Part shown: positions 1 to 16,887 of the stretch, piece by piece
Layout: every line of letters begins with the position of its first letter
Numbering within the stretch: the first letter of the stretch is position 1
The notes under the pieces: model-generated
Databases searched by the model: none
The model's input: only the letters and a program-made list of their open reading frames with translations
What the model was told of the DNA's origin: nothing
Made by a program: the position numbers and the translations under genes
Assembly (NCBI GenBank): GCA_965368975.1
Contig: CBDUPA010000001.1
Coordinates: 416,001 to 480,000, forward strand
From: an uncultured bacterium
GTDB taxonomy: Bacteria; Acidobacteriota; Thermoanaerobaculia; Multivoradales; JAHZIX01
Direction of reading: 5' to 3'
Length of the DNA: 64,000 bases

Positions 1-3
1 TCG

Positions 4-7857
<7,854 letters not shown>

Positions 7858-8079
7858 TTCCTGCTCCCCGGAGAACTTTGGTCACCATCAAAAACAAGGC
7901 CTGCAAGAGGCCGATCAGGGGAAGCAGTCTACCGCGCTTTGGTTTGCCCTCTCCGCGAGCGCTTCGCTCAGACACTCTTGTTCCGCAGGATCTCCGAGAT
8001 GAGACGATCAGGTGTAACTTTCAGCGGCTGTCCAGCGTCGTACCGGTTGATGGGTTCAACACGCTCCCGGAGGGTTTCG

Positions 8080-9183
8080 ATGCGATCTGTACTGCTTGTC
8101 CTCAGTGTCACACTGCTCCCGGTCGTTGGTGCGATGCCGGCCCTGGCCAGCGAAGCCGACCTCGACTGGCAGGTCATTCCGTCTGAGTTGTGTCGTGGCC
8201 TGTGGATGGTCGAGCTGAGCAAGCAGGGGGAGCCTGATGCCTCCCTGCGTATGATTCTGGACACCGGAGCCTCGGTCACGGCTGTTGACCCAGACGCTAT
8301 TGAGCGCGTTTTTGGGCGCCGGGTTCGAGCCGGACGCAGGGCCCGTCTACGCAATCTCGAACTCGGGCCGTTGAAGGTTCGGCGCATTCGGGTGGAGAGT
8401 CATGAAATGGACCATTTGGCTCGAGCTCTCGGAACCGAGATGGATGGCATCCTGGGCTTTCCCGTCTTCGAGGACCTGCTGCTAGCTCTCGACTATCCAG
8501 AGGCACAGATCCGTGTCGCTGAAGGAGCGTTACCGCCGCTCGACGAGACCCGCGTCTTCAGGGACTACGGCAAGGTTCGACCCTACTTGGTTCTCGAACT
8601 GCAAGGAGAGCGGGTTCCGGTGCTGATCGATTCAGGTTCCGCGGGCGGTTTACAGTTGCAGCCCTCGGACCCGGTGAGCTGGCAGGTCGAGCCCCGCCCG
8701 TTGTCCGCGGCCGTCCGATACAGCGAGATCCGGGTCGAAGAGACGGGGCGATCAGCGGAGACCTACGATTTCGGGCCACTCGACGTCGAGCAGCCGGTGA
8801 TCGACCTGGCGGACGGCACGCGTCTGGCGGGCTTCAGGGTCCTGCGTCGGTTCGAGTGGGTCTTCGATACGCGCAGCCGGCGCATCCGCATGACACCGGA
8901 CCACGAGGGAGCGATCGAGTCGCCACCCTTCCTCGGTCTCGGCGCGGCGTGGAACCCCAAGGCAGAGGGCCTGCACGTCGTGCGGGTCTTCCCGAACACG
9001 CCTGCGGCCCACGCAGGTCTGCGGCAGGGCGACGTGGTGACCGCAGTCGATGGGCAGTCGATCTATGCTCGATCTTGCTGGTCGTTTCGGACGCTACCGG
9101 TGGGCACCGAGGTGACGCTGTCGGTCCGGCGTGGGGAAGAATTGCTGGCGCTGAAGGCAGAGGTCGAGATCCTGGTGCCTTGA
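8080..9183 (+). CDS. Secreted double retropepsin-like aspartyl protease with C-terminal PDZ domain
   Basis: Signal peptide; ILDTGAS and LIDSGS catalytic motifs; DGILG; PDZ motif VFPNTPAAHAGLRQGDVV; ATG at 8080 preceded by GGAGG. Confidence 0.88.
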   Translation: MRSVLLVLSVTLLPVVGAMPALASEADLDWQVIPSELCRGLWMVELSKQGEPDASLRMILDTGASVTAVDPDAIERVFGRRVRAGRRARLRNLELGPLKVRRIRVESHEMDHLARALGTEMDGILGFPVFEDLLLALDYPEAQIRVAEGALPPLDETRVFRDYGKVRPYLVLELQGERVPVLIDSGSAGGLQLQPSDPVSWQVEPRPLSAAVRYSEIRVEETGRSAETYDFGPLDVEQPVIDLADGTRLAGFRVLRRFEWVFDTRSRRIRMTPDHEGAIESPPFLGLGAAWNPKAEGLHVVRVFPNTPAAHAGLRQGDVVTAVDGQSIYARSCWSFRTLPVGTEVTLSVRRGEELLALKAEVEILVP

Positions 9184-9194
9184 GGCTGGCTACA

Positions 9195-9551
9195 TCACTC
9201 CGGGAGCTGCGACTGGAACGACATCTGCAGGCCGGATGGAGCCTGGAGGAAGTAAATTCTCTCGCCGTGGGCGTCGGTGGGACCCTGGGGCTCGAGGCCG
9301 TTGCTCCTGGCGTACTCCGCGAAGGCATCGGCGTCGTCGACCACAACCTGCAGCATGATGCCTTCCGGCATGCCTGGTCCGGCCGACCAGATCTCGACCC
9401 AGCTGTTTCCGGTGGGGAAGACGGCCCCTTGGAACCCGGCGTCTTCTGGTACGCCCATGTCTCGCTGGGGCAAGCCAACCTTGGCGAGAAAGGCTGCCAG
9501 GTCTTCGGCTTCCGGGGTTACCGAGCAGAATCTGATTCCGAGTACTTGCAT
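9195..9551 (-). CDS. VOC/glyoxalase family protein
   Basis: ~118 aa; VVDDADA..ARSNG and terminal FLQAPSGLQMSF pattern typical of VOC; start trimmed to MQVLG. Confidence 0.75.
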   Translation of the reverse strand: MQVLGIRFCSVTPEAEDLAAFLAKVGLPQRDMGVPEDAGFQGAVFPTGNSWVEIWSAGPGMPEGIMLQVVVDDADAFAEYARSNGLEPQGPTDAHGERIYFLQAPSGLQMSFQSQLPE

Positions 9552-9607
9552 TCGAATTCTCCGGGGTGTTGTTTCGGTTGGTGTCGAGGCTCTATTACCC
9601 GTCCGAA

Positions 9608-10096
9608 TTACCCGTCCGACTTCTCGTTGTGGCACACGAGGTCGATCACGACACAGGTAGCCAGGATGGCGACATCGTCTTCGCCGTCGACGATGTCGAT
9701 GCCGTAGGTGTCGCTCCAGGAGAAGTAGCGCTTCGAGACGTTGGCCACGCTACGGCCACCCCGTTGGAATTCGTATTCGTGCTCCCAGAACGACCCCTCG
9801 ATGGTGTAGTCATTGGGGCCTGGAACGTCCAGCGTGAAGCGGCTCTTGAACCACGAGAACTTCTTGACGACTTCCGCGAAGTGGTTGCCGTCGCGAGAGA
9901 TCTCGTAGCGCGGTCGCCAGGACAAGAGTTTCTGGGAGATATACGCAAGCTCGCGTCCGTGGAGGTCCTGGAAACTGAGCTTGTCGCCCCACGAGAAGAC
10001 CTTGCCCTGCACAAGGTAAACGTCGCGTTGCTGAGCGTCCTTGATGTGGAAGTTGTCGCCCCAGGACCAGAACTTCTGCTTCATGAGGTACTGCAT
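9608..10096 (-). CDS. LURP-one/scramblase-like (Tubby-C, YxjI-like) protein
   Basis: MQYLMKQKFWSWGDNFHI, VQGKVFSWG, SWSDTYGIDI motifs; AAGGAG RBS before ATG 10096. Confidence 0.85.
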   Translation of the reverse strand: MQYLMKQKFWSWGDNFHIKDAQQRDVYLVQGKVFSWGDKLSFQDLHGRELAYISQKLLSWRPRYEISRDGNHFAEVVKKFSWFKSRFTLDVPGPNDYTIEGSFWEHEYEFQRGGRSVANVSKRYFSWSDTYGIDIVDGEDDVAILATCVVIDLVCHNEKSDG

Positions 10097-10339
10097 GGTG
10101 TGGCTCCTTGGTCGGTCGTATGGGTAGGCGTTGCTGATCCCCGGAGGTTGCCGATCCCCGAAGAGAGTCTCGGGCGCGGCGCCAGCACGGCCGGCCGGTA
10201 CCGGGGCGGTGGCTGCTGGACCCACCCGTTCGTGTGTCGATCGCCGCGCCGGGATTCTCCATACTAGTAGCAGGAGCAGCAGTGCATACCGAAACTGGTT
10301 TGCTGCGCCATCAACGTCTGGAAGATAAGGAGCAGGATC

Positions 10340-10537
10340 ATGTCGAACACCAACAACAGCTCCGTCGGTCCCTCCGACATTACCGACGACACCGCCAAAC
10401 TCGACCGCGAGCTGACTCCCGAAGAGGAAGATGCGATCAAAGATCAGGTACTCGACGCGGTGGAAGAGTTCGGCAACGTGGTGGTGCAGCAGCACGCACC
10501 GCCGGGAACGCCAAAGGTGAAGCGACAGCGGCGGTGA
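10340..10537 (+). CDS. Small hypothetical protein (65 aa, acidic core, basic tail)
   Basis: AAGGAG/AGGA RBS; fills the intergenic gap; GC3-rich codons. Confidence 0.6.
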   Translation: MSNTNNSSVGPSDITDDTAKLDRELTPEEEDAIKDQVLDAVEEFGNVVVQQHAPPGTPKVKRQRR

Positions 10538-10627
10538 CAGGCCTTGCCCGTTGAGCGAAGTCGAAGTGACTCGCGATGGCAACGCTCTCGACACGGCGTC
10601 GACGACCGCATAGCCTTTGCAGACGTT

Positions 10628-11659
10628 ATGCAGACTTCGATCTCCCCCGTTCTCTTCGTCGGTGGCCTCGGTGCCGTCCAGGCACTGGTCATCGGACTGG
10701 CGCTGGCTACGCGAGATCGCCAGAGTCGATGGCTGGGAGCAATGCTGGTTCTGCTCGGGGTGGCGATGGGGCTCATTGTCTTGTCCCATTCACCCTGGGG
10801 TCGCGAAGGCGGCTGGATCTTGCTTGGGGAGGTGACGGTGTCGGTGCTGGTGGCACCGCTGTTCTACCTGTGGATCTTGATGGCCTGGCGCGACACCTGG
10901 AAACTGCGTGCCGTGGATTGGCTGCATTTTCTGCCGGCTGCCTTGTGGAGCCTGCACGCGATGCTCCTGGCGCTGGGGCTCGGGGACGCCAGTCTGCTGC
11001 GCGACCAACCGGTGATCCGTACCGCAGTGGCCTACCAGATGCTCTATACACTGCTGGCGGCGTGGCGTGTCTTCGTGCGTCCACGTGGACGGATCCTGAA
11101 TTCCGATCGGTTCATCATGCGCGGTGCGGTGGCCATGTTTGTGCTGATCCACCTGGCGCAGCTGCTGCGCATGAGTGTCGAGCATCCGCTGACGCGTGAG
11201 ATTGTACCGTTGACGGCGGCCTCGATCATTCTGGTCTTGACGGTGCTGGCGGTGCGCCACTCGCGCCTGTTCGAGAAGGCGCGCCGAGCGCCAGAGCTGG
11301 ACCCGGAGAGAGCGGGGCCGTTCCTGCGCCGGCTGCATCAGGCCCTGGACGACAAGCGGCTCTACCTGCAGCCAGACCTCACCCTCGACGCGCTGGCGCA
11401 GCACTTGGCGATGCCGCGCGGCCGCCTGTCGGCGCTGATCAATCAGCACTGCGGGGTCAGCTTCTTGCAGTTGGTCAATCAGCGCCGGGTCGCCGAGGCC
11501 GAGCGCCTGCTAGGGTCGCCGGAAGGGGAGCACCTGACCGTCGAGGCGATCGCCGGCCGAGCGGGATTCGGCTCCCGCTCAGCCTTCTACGACGCATTCA
11601 AGCGCCATACGGGGCAGACACCGGCCGCGTTTCGGGATCAGCTCGAGCCACCTGCTTGA
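10628..11659 (+). CDS. Membrane-anchored AraC-family transcriptional regulator
   Basis: Multiple N-terminal TM helices; LYLQPDLTL..LA and AGFGSRSAFYDAFKRHTGQTP HTH. Confidence 0.92.
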   Translation: MQTSISPVLFVGGLGAVQALVIGLALATRDRQSRWLGAMLVLLGVAMGLIVLSHSPWGREGGWILLGEVTVSVLVAPLFYLWILMAWRDTWKLRAVDWLHFLPAALWSLHAMLLALGLGDASLLRDQPVIRTAVAYQMLYTLLAAWRVFVRPRGRILNSDRFIMRGAVAMFVLIHLAQLLRMSVEHPLTREIVPLTAASIILVLTVLAVRHSRLFEKARRAPELDPERAGPFLRRLHQALDDKRLYLQPDLTLDALAQHLAMPRGRLSALINQHCGVSFLQLVNQRRVAEAERLLGSPEGEHLTVEAIAGRAGFGSRSAFYDAFKRHTGQTPAAFRDQLEPPA

Positions 11660-12873
11660 ACCTGGGGGTGGGCGGCGACGATGCGCCGGAGTAACTCGTC
11701 GATGGCACTGTCGTCGACCGAGGGCCGCCAGACGAAGCGGCGGAAGAGTTGACTCGCCAGGCCGACGCCGCCGGTAGGTAAGCGGTGGACGATCACCAGA
11801 TCGAGGTGCGGCACGATGTAGATGCGGTGACCTCGGCCGCCGCGCGCCAGCAGCATCGGGCCGCCGAAGATCTCGGAATCACGCACCACCCACCACATGA
11901 AGCCGTATTCTAGATCGTCCCAGCCAGTGGGCTGGGCGGTCTCGATGGTGCTCTGCTGGATCCAGCCCGGCGGCAGGATTTGCTGGCCGTCCCAGCGGCC
12001 GTCGGCCAGCACCAGCAGGCCGAAGCGCGCGAGGTCGCGGGCCGAGATCATGAAAACGTAGGCGGGATGGTCGGAGTCGTTGCCTTGCATGCGCTCGGTG
12101 AAGTCGTCTCGGTAGAGCCACTGGACGTCACGCGGACGATAGTCCTGCATGCCAGTCGGCGCGGCGATCTCGTCGGCGAAGGCTTGGTCGAGTGGCCGTC
12201 CGGCAGCCTGCTCGTAGATCGTGCCCAGGGCGTTGAAGTCCCAGTTGTTGTAGAACCACTGCTCGCCCGGTGCCGCGCTGCCGCGCTCGGGTTTGCGGCG
12301 CTTCCAGCCGGAGGCCTCGTAGATCGACGGGCGGTAGATGCCGGAGCGTGCCAGCAGGAGGTGCCGCAGCGTGGCCTGACGCTCGGCCGGGGTGAGCGGG
12401 GGGTGATCGTCGATGCCCAGCTCGGCGAGTGTCGCGTCGAGGTCGAGGCGGCCTTCGGTGACCTGCCGGCCATACAGGCTCGACAGCAGGCTCTTGCGGA
12501 TCGATTGACTATTCGTGCGGTGGCTGGTGGCACCCCAGGCGGCGACCAGGGCGCCACGGTGCACCACCATGACGGCCGAGGTGTCCAGGGCTTCGGCCCA
12601 TTGGCGGGCGTCATCGAGGTGGGCCGTCGACCAGCCCAGAGGCTCGGGATCGACCGGGTGCCACTGCGCATCCGGGAACTGCAAGGCACCGCGCGCGAAG
12701 GCGTCGAGGTCGAGGATCTCGGCTGGCGGCTGCGTCGGGTGGGCCGGCAGAGGAGTGCGTGAGACGGAGTAGACGTAGACCCCGGCGGCGGCGGCGAGCA
12801 CCAGCACGGCGAGGGCGAAACGGAGGAAGATGCGGCGCCAGGAGCGCCGGGAGGGGCGAGGTGTTTCGTTCAT
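11638..12873 (-). CDS. Serine hydrolase (beta-lactamase class C-like family)
   Basis: N-terminal TM/signal; SIRKS (SxxK), FYNNWDFN (YxN), ISARDLARFG, ARGGRG. Confidence 0.9.
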   Translation of the reverse strand: MNETPRPSRRSWRRIFLRFALAVLVLAAAAGVYVYSVSRTPLPAHPTQPPAEILDLDAFARGALQFPDAQWHPVDPEPLGWSTAHLDDARQWAEALDTSAVMVVHRGALVAAWGATSHRTNSQSIRKSLLSSLYGRQVTEGRLDLDATLAELGIDDHPPLTPAERQATLRHLLLARSGIYRPSIYEASGWKRRKPERGSAAPGEQWFYNNWDFNALGTIYEQAAGRPLDQAFADEIAAPTGMQDYRPRDVQWLYRDDFTERMQGNDSDHPAYVFMISARDLARFGLLVLADGRWDGQQILPPGWIQQSTIETAQPTGWDDLEYGFMWWVVRDSEIFGGPMLLARGGRGHRIYIVPHLDLVIVHRLPTGGVGLASQLFRRFVWRPSVDDSAIDELLRRIVAAHPQVQAGGSS

Positions 12874-12993
12874 GGCTTGCAACCCTACGGCGCGCCGCCG
12901 CTTGGGGTGTCCGGATGGATCGATCCGGACGTCCACGCACGCATCTGGACATGCCAGTTCTCAGCCATGGCGATGCTCAATCCGGGCAGTGTC

Positions 12994-14202
12994 TCAGCCC
13001 GAGCACCCCGTGTTCGCGCCCAGGCCGATGCGCCGGTTGGCGCGATCGAAGACGACGAGGTAGTTCTTCATGAAGGCCTGCCCCAAGATCAGCTGCTCGT
13101 CACGCTGGGTGAGGCGCAGCAGGTAGCCGACGGTGCTGACTTTCTCGAAGTAGGTCGTTGGCGCAATGTCGAGTGTGATCGACTGGCCGTCGACGTCGTT
13201 GATCAGCACTTGGAGGGTCGGGAACCGCGGGATGACGTCGTCCGGGATCGACAGCAGTTCACCGGACAGGCTGACGTCGTGGGCGTGCGCTACTTCGTTC
13301 AGGGCGTCCATGACGTTCCGGTACATGTCGGACGGGAGCTCCAGGTCGGTGGTGCCGCTGTCGACGACGGTCGGCACCGATGGGCGCCCGAGGCTCGTCG
13401 TGCTGCCCGTCGTGTGGGTACCTGGTGCGATCCTCAGCTCGTTGGGCGAGATCACGTACCAGCGTTCCTCGGTAATCGGCACCGCCTGCTCGACCGTGTT
13501 GCCGTCGTCACCCAGGGTGATGGTGCTGGTGCCCTCGGCGCACAGCAGGAGGGCGAAACGATTGGCGATGCCGGTGGTGGCGACCAGGGTCTCGAAGTAA
13601 GTTGCGGGTGGGTTGTCCTGTGGCTGGGCGACGCTACGGTAGGCGAGACCGAGAATACTGCCGATGTTCTGGTCGTGGGTCATGACGCCGAACTTGTAGT
13701 CGAGAGCCGGCAGGTTGCCGACCGCGACTTGATCCTCGACGTAGCGTGCGTGCAGCGCGCCGGAACCGTACTCGATCGAGAAGCCGGCTTCGGCGAGCTG
13801 TGCGCTGCTCGACTGGCTCGGATCGTAAGGCTTCTGGGTGATGTCCTGGTCGCAGTTGTCGCACAGCGACGGCGGGCCAAGCAGGATTAGGTTGGAGCTG
13901 CCGGTGTCGACCTCGATGTTGTAGGTCTTTGCCGGTGTGCCGATCTGAATCGGCATGGTGTATGCACCCTGGACGATGTTTGGGTCGAGGTTCAGCGTGA
14001 CGTAGCGCGCGCTCGCTGGTGGGGCGGTAGTACTGGCTTCGCTCCCGGCCGCTACTGTCGTGTCGCTGCTGGCTTCCTCGATATCCGTCTGCGTGGCCTC
14101 GTCCGGTGGTGTGTCGTTCGGTGTACAGGCCGTCGTGGCGGTGAGCAGCAAGATCGCAAGGATGTGGCAGAGCCACGCGTCAACCCGCGGGTGTCTGGTC
14201 AT
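12994..14202 (-). CDS. Pepsin-like (family A1) aspartic protease, probable lipoprotein
   Basis: Lipobox-like TTAC; VDTGSS and VDSGTT; flap IEYGSG; ILGLAY; ILGQAFM...VVFDRANRRIG; GGAGG RBS. Confidence 0.9.
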   Translation of the reverse strand: MTRHPRVDAWLCHILAILLLTATTACTPNDTPPDEATQTDIEEASSDTTVAAGSEASTTAPPASARYVTLNLDPNIVQGAYTMPIQIGTPAKTYNIEVDTGSSNLILLGPPSLCDNCDQDITQKPYDPSQSSSAQLAEAGFSIEYGSGALHARYVEDQVAVGNLPALDYKFGVMTHDQNIGSILGLAYRSVAQPQDNPPATYFETLVATTGIANRFALLLCAEGTSTITLGDDGNTVEQAVPITEERWYVISPNELRIAPGTHTTGSTTSLGRPSVPTVVDSGTTDLELPSDMYRNVMDALNEVAHAHDVSLSGELLSIPDDVIPRFPTLQVLINDVDGQSITLDIAPTTYFEKVSTVGYLLRLTQRDEQLILGQAFMKNYLVVFDRANRRIGLGANTGCSG

Positions 14203-14277
14203 GAGGGGGCCTCCTTGGCTGGTCTGGATGGCACGCTTGATCCTAAGGTCGAGAACTGGCCCGCCGACAGCGATGCG

Positions 14278-14862
14278 TCACGACCAGGTGCCTACATAGC
14301 GACAGCAGGCATCGCCACGGTGGACGCACTGGGATTGCCAGACCTTGGCGCCGTGCGCGCCGGCACCCTCGGCCATCGCCTCCCACCAGCCCTCCATGAG
14401 CACGCAGTGTTGGCGCGCGATGCTGGGAAAGCCTTCCAGAGTGATCGACGCGCCGCCGGTGTGCTGGTCGGTCAGACGCATCGACCCGGTGTCGCAGAAC
14501 CGTGACCAATAGGCTGGTCCCCAGACACCGAAGCCCCGCGCCACCACGGCGTCGGGCGAGGTAAAGGCGAGGACGACACGCAGAATGCCGCCAAGATCCC
14601 TCTTGCCCGTCCAGCGACCGACATCGCGCAGTGTCAGCAGGCGAGCCGACCGACCGATGGCGCGTTCCAGGTTCTGTAGCAGAGCTGTATAGGCGGAGTA
14701 AGGGTACCACTCGGAGCTGCGGACCGGACGGTCGAAGACCTGGGAGTGTGGCGCCGGCACCTCATCGACGATGCGCTGGCGCATCTCGGGTCCGAGATGT
14801 TCAACCGCCCAGGCGAGTATTCCGAGTAGCGCACTACCCTTAATGCGAGTGTTTTCTGACAC
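14278..14862 (-). CDS. Hypothetical protein, V4R/heme-NO-binding-like (DUF2378-like) fold
   Basis: N-terminal IKGS, WYP motif, C-terminal QCVHRGDACCRY resembling V4R; GTG start. Confidence 0.55.
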   Translation of the reverse strand: MSENTRIKGSALLGILAWAVEHLGPEMRQRIVDEVPAPHSQVFDRPVRSSEWYPYSAYTALLQNLERAIGRSARLLTLRDVGRWTGKRDLGGILRVVLAFTSPDAVVARGFGVWGPAYWSRFCDTGSMRLTDQHTGGASITLEGFPSIARQHCVLMEGWWEAMAEGAGAHGAKVWQSQCVHRGDACCRYVGTWS

Positions 14863-14936
14863 GTTTCGTAAATTCCAGTGGCGATACTACCACATTCCGA
14901 TCAACCACCAAGAGCTACTCTTCCGTATAGAATCGT

Positions 14937-16769
14937 ATGACAATGACCAACAAGCTGCTCGTCTTCCTCTCCGTCGGTTTTGGCCTCCTTCCGACCCTGG
15001 CCGCTGCTCCGCAGCATCTGGCCGGTCAAGACCCGGCTGACCAGAACCGCGATGCCGGTTTCACGGTGGATGCTGGTTTCACCGGAGATCTCGGCTTCAC
15101 CGTGCAGGCCGCCGAACGCTTCGGCCGCCTGGCGCTCGACTGCGTCCACCGCGAGTATCCGAACAAGATCGCGCACGTGCTCTCGGGAGATGAGGACGTG
15201 CAGCCACCTAGAGTGCTGACCCCGTCCTTCTATGGGTGTTACGACTGGCATTCCGCCGTCCATGGGCACTGGCTGCTGGCGCGCCTGGCTCGTACCTATC
15301 CGGACAGTCCGGTAGCCATCGAAGCCCGAGAATCGCTGGCCCGGTCCTTGACGCCGGAGAACGTCGCTGGCGAGGTGCGCTACTTCCACGGCCAGGGGCG
15401 CGTTTCGTTCGAGCGTCCTTACGGCCTGGCATGGCTGCTGCAGCTGGCCGCCGAATTGCGCGAGTGGGACGATCCCCAGGCCCAGGAGTGGGCGGCGGCG
15501 CTGGAGCCGCTGGAGGCCATCGTCGTTGAGCGACTGGAGGACTGGGTCCCCAAGCTGACGCACCCGATTCGCATCGGTGAGCACGCGCAGACCGCCTTCG
15601 CCTTTGGCCTGATCGCCGACTGGGCGCGCACCGCCGAGAACTACAAGGTCGAACGCCTGATGCGCAGTGCGACCATCCATTTCTATCTCCAAGATCGCGA
15701 CTGCCCCCTGGCCTACGAGCCGTCCGGTCACGATTTTCTCTCGCCGTGCCTGGCCGAGGCCGACCTGATGCGCCGCTTCCTGACGCCGATCGAGTTCGCC
15801 GCCTGGCTCGGGGCTTTCCTGCCGACCCTCCCGCACGACGATTTTGATGCCGTGTGGATCGAACCGGCGACGGTCAGCGATCCGGAAGATCCTAAGCTGG
15901 CCCATCTCGATGGCCTCAATCTGGCGCGTGCCTGGATGCTCGAAGGCATCGCCAGCGGTCTGCCCGACGGCGATCCGCGCATCCCGCCTTTGGTCGGCAC
16001 CGCCAGTGCCCACCGCCGCGCCGGCCTCGCTTCGGTCACCGGTGAGCACTACGAGGGCGGCCACTGGCTCGGCAGCTTCGCCATGTACCTGGTCAGCGGT
16101 CGTGGCGGCAGCCGGGTGCTAGCGTCCGACCCCTTCGACGTCATCTTCCACGGCACGGATCGCAGCGCCATCGAAGAGAAAGTGTTGCCGCGTGCCCACC
16201 AGGCCCTCTCCGACGTCACCAGCTACCTGGGCATTGACTACGACGGCAGGATCCTGATCGACGTCAGCCCTCGCCACGGGGTGCCAGCCCAGCACCGCAA
16301 CTCCATCCGGATCCCCGCCCAGCGTCTCGATCCCGAGCGCGACCCGGACGGCTTCGGCATCTCCGTCGTCCACGAGGTCACCCACGTCGTGGCCGTCAGC
16401 GCGTACCGTGGCGTCCCCAACCGCTTTTACGACGATGGTCTTGCCGTCTACCTGCAAACCAAGTTTGGCAGGGCGAGTTCGTACCCGGACTTCGGCGAAG
16501 ACCTGCACGAGGTGACCGTGCAGGTGGCCAACGAGCACGGCGGCTTCCTGCCCCTGGATATCACCGAGCGCACCCGCCGCTGGACCCGCTCCAGTCTCGA
16601 GCGGCGCTTGGCGTATTTGCAGGAAGGGTCGTTTACTCGCTTCCTGATCGAGCGGGACGGGGTGGAGAAGTACTGGCGGATCTACCGCGGGGCGGATCCC
16701 GTCGAGGTGGTGGGGAAGAGTCGGGAGGCGTTGTGGGCGGAGTGGTTGGAGTTCTTGGCGGGGTTGTGA
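14937..16769 (+). CDS. DUF2891-domain protein fused to a C-terminal HExxH metallopeptidase-like domain
   Basis: EYPNK, FYGCYDWHSAVHGHW, FERPYG, HLDGLNL, HYEGGHWL motifs, then VHEVTH...YDDGLAVYL. Confidence 0.8.
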   Translation: MTMTNKLLVFLSVGFGLLPTLAAAPQHLAGQDPADQNRDAGFTVDAGFTGDLGFTVQAAERFGRLALDCVHREYPNKIAHVLSGDEDVQPPRVLTPSFYGCYDWHSAVHGHWLLARLARTYPDSPVAIEARESLARSLTPENVAGEVRYFHGQGRVSFERPYGLAWLLQLAAELREWDDPQAQEWAAALEPLEAIVVERLEDWVPKLTHPIRIGEHAQTAFAFGLIADWARTAENYKVERLMRSATIHFYLQDRDCPLAYEPSGHDFLSPCLAEADLMRRFLTPIEFAAWLGAFLPTLPHDDFDAVWIEPATVSDPEDPKLAHLDGLNLARAWMLEGIASGLPDGDPRIPPLVGTASAHRRAGLASVTGEHYEGGHWLGSFAMYLVSGRGGSRVLASDPFDVIFHGTDRSAIEEKVLPRAHQALSDVTSYLGIDYDGRILIDVSPRHGVPAQHRNSIRIPAQRLDPERDPDGFGISVVHEVTHVVAVSAYRGVPNRFYDDGLAVYLQTKFGRASSYPDFGEDLHEVTVQVANEHGGFLPLDITERTRRWTRSSLERRLAYLQEGSFTRFLIERDGVEKYWRIYRGADPVEVVGKSREALWAEWLEFLAGL

Positions 16770-16887
16770 ACTGACGCAGACCACCGGCGGTTCGCCAATC
16801 AGGTCGAACTGCCGGTGCAGAGGAACAGGACGCGCGGTGACTTCCCGGCTGTGTTGGGTCGGACTACCCAGGTAGATGATGCCGTAG

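Noticed and set aside
10097-10789. N-terminal extension of the LURP-one ORF
   Set aside because: Overlaps plus-strand genes; family similarity and RBS start at 10096
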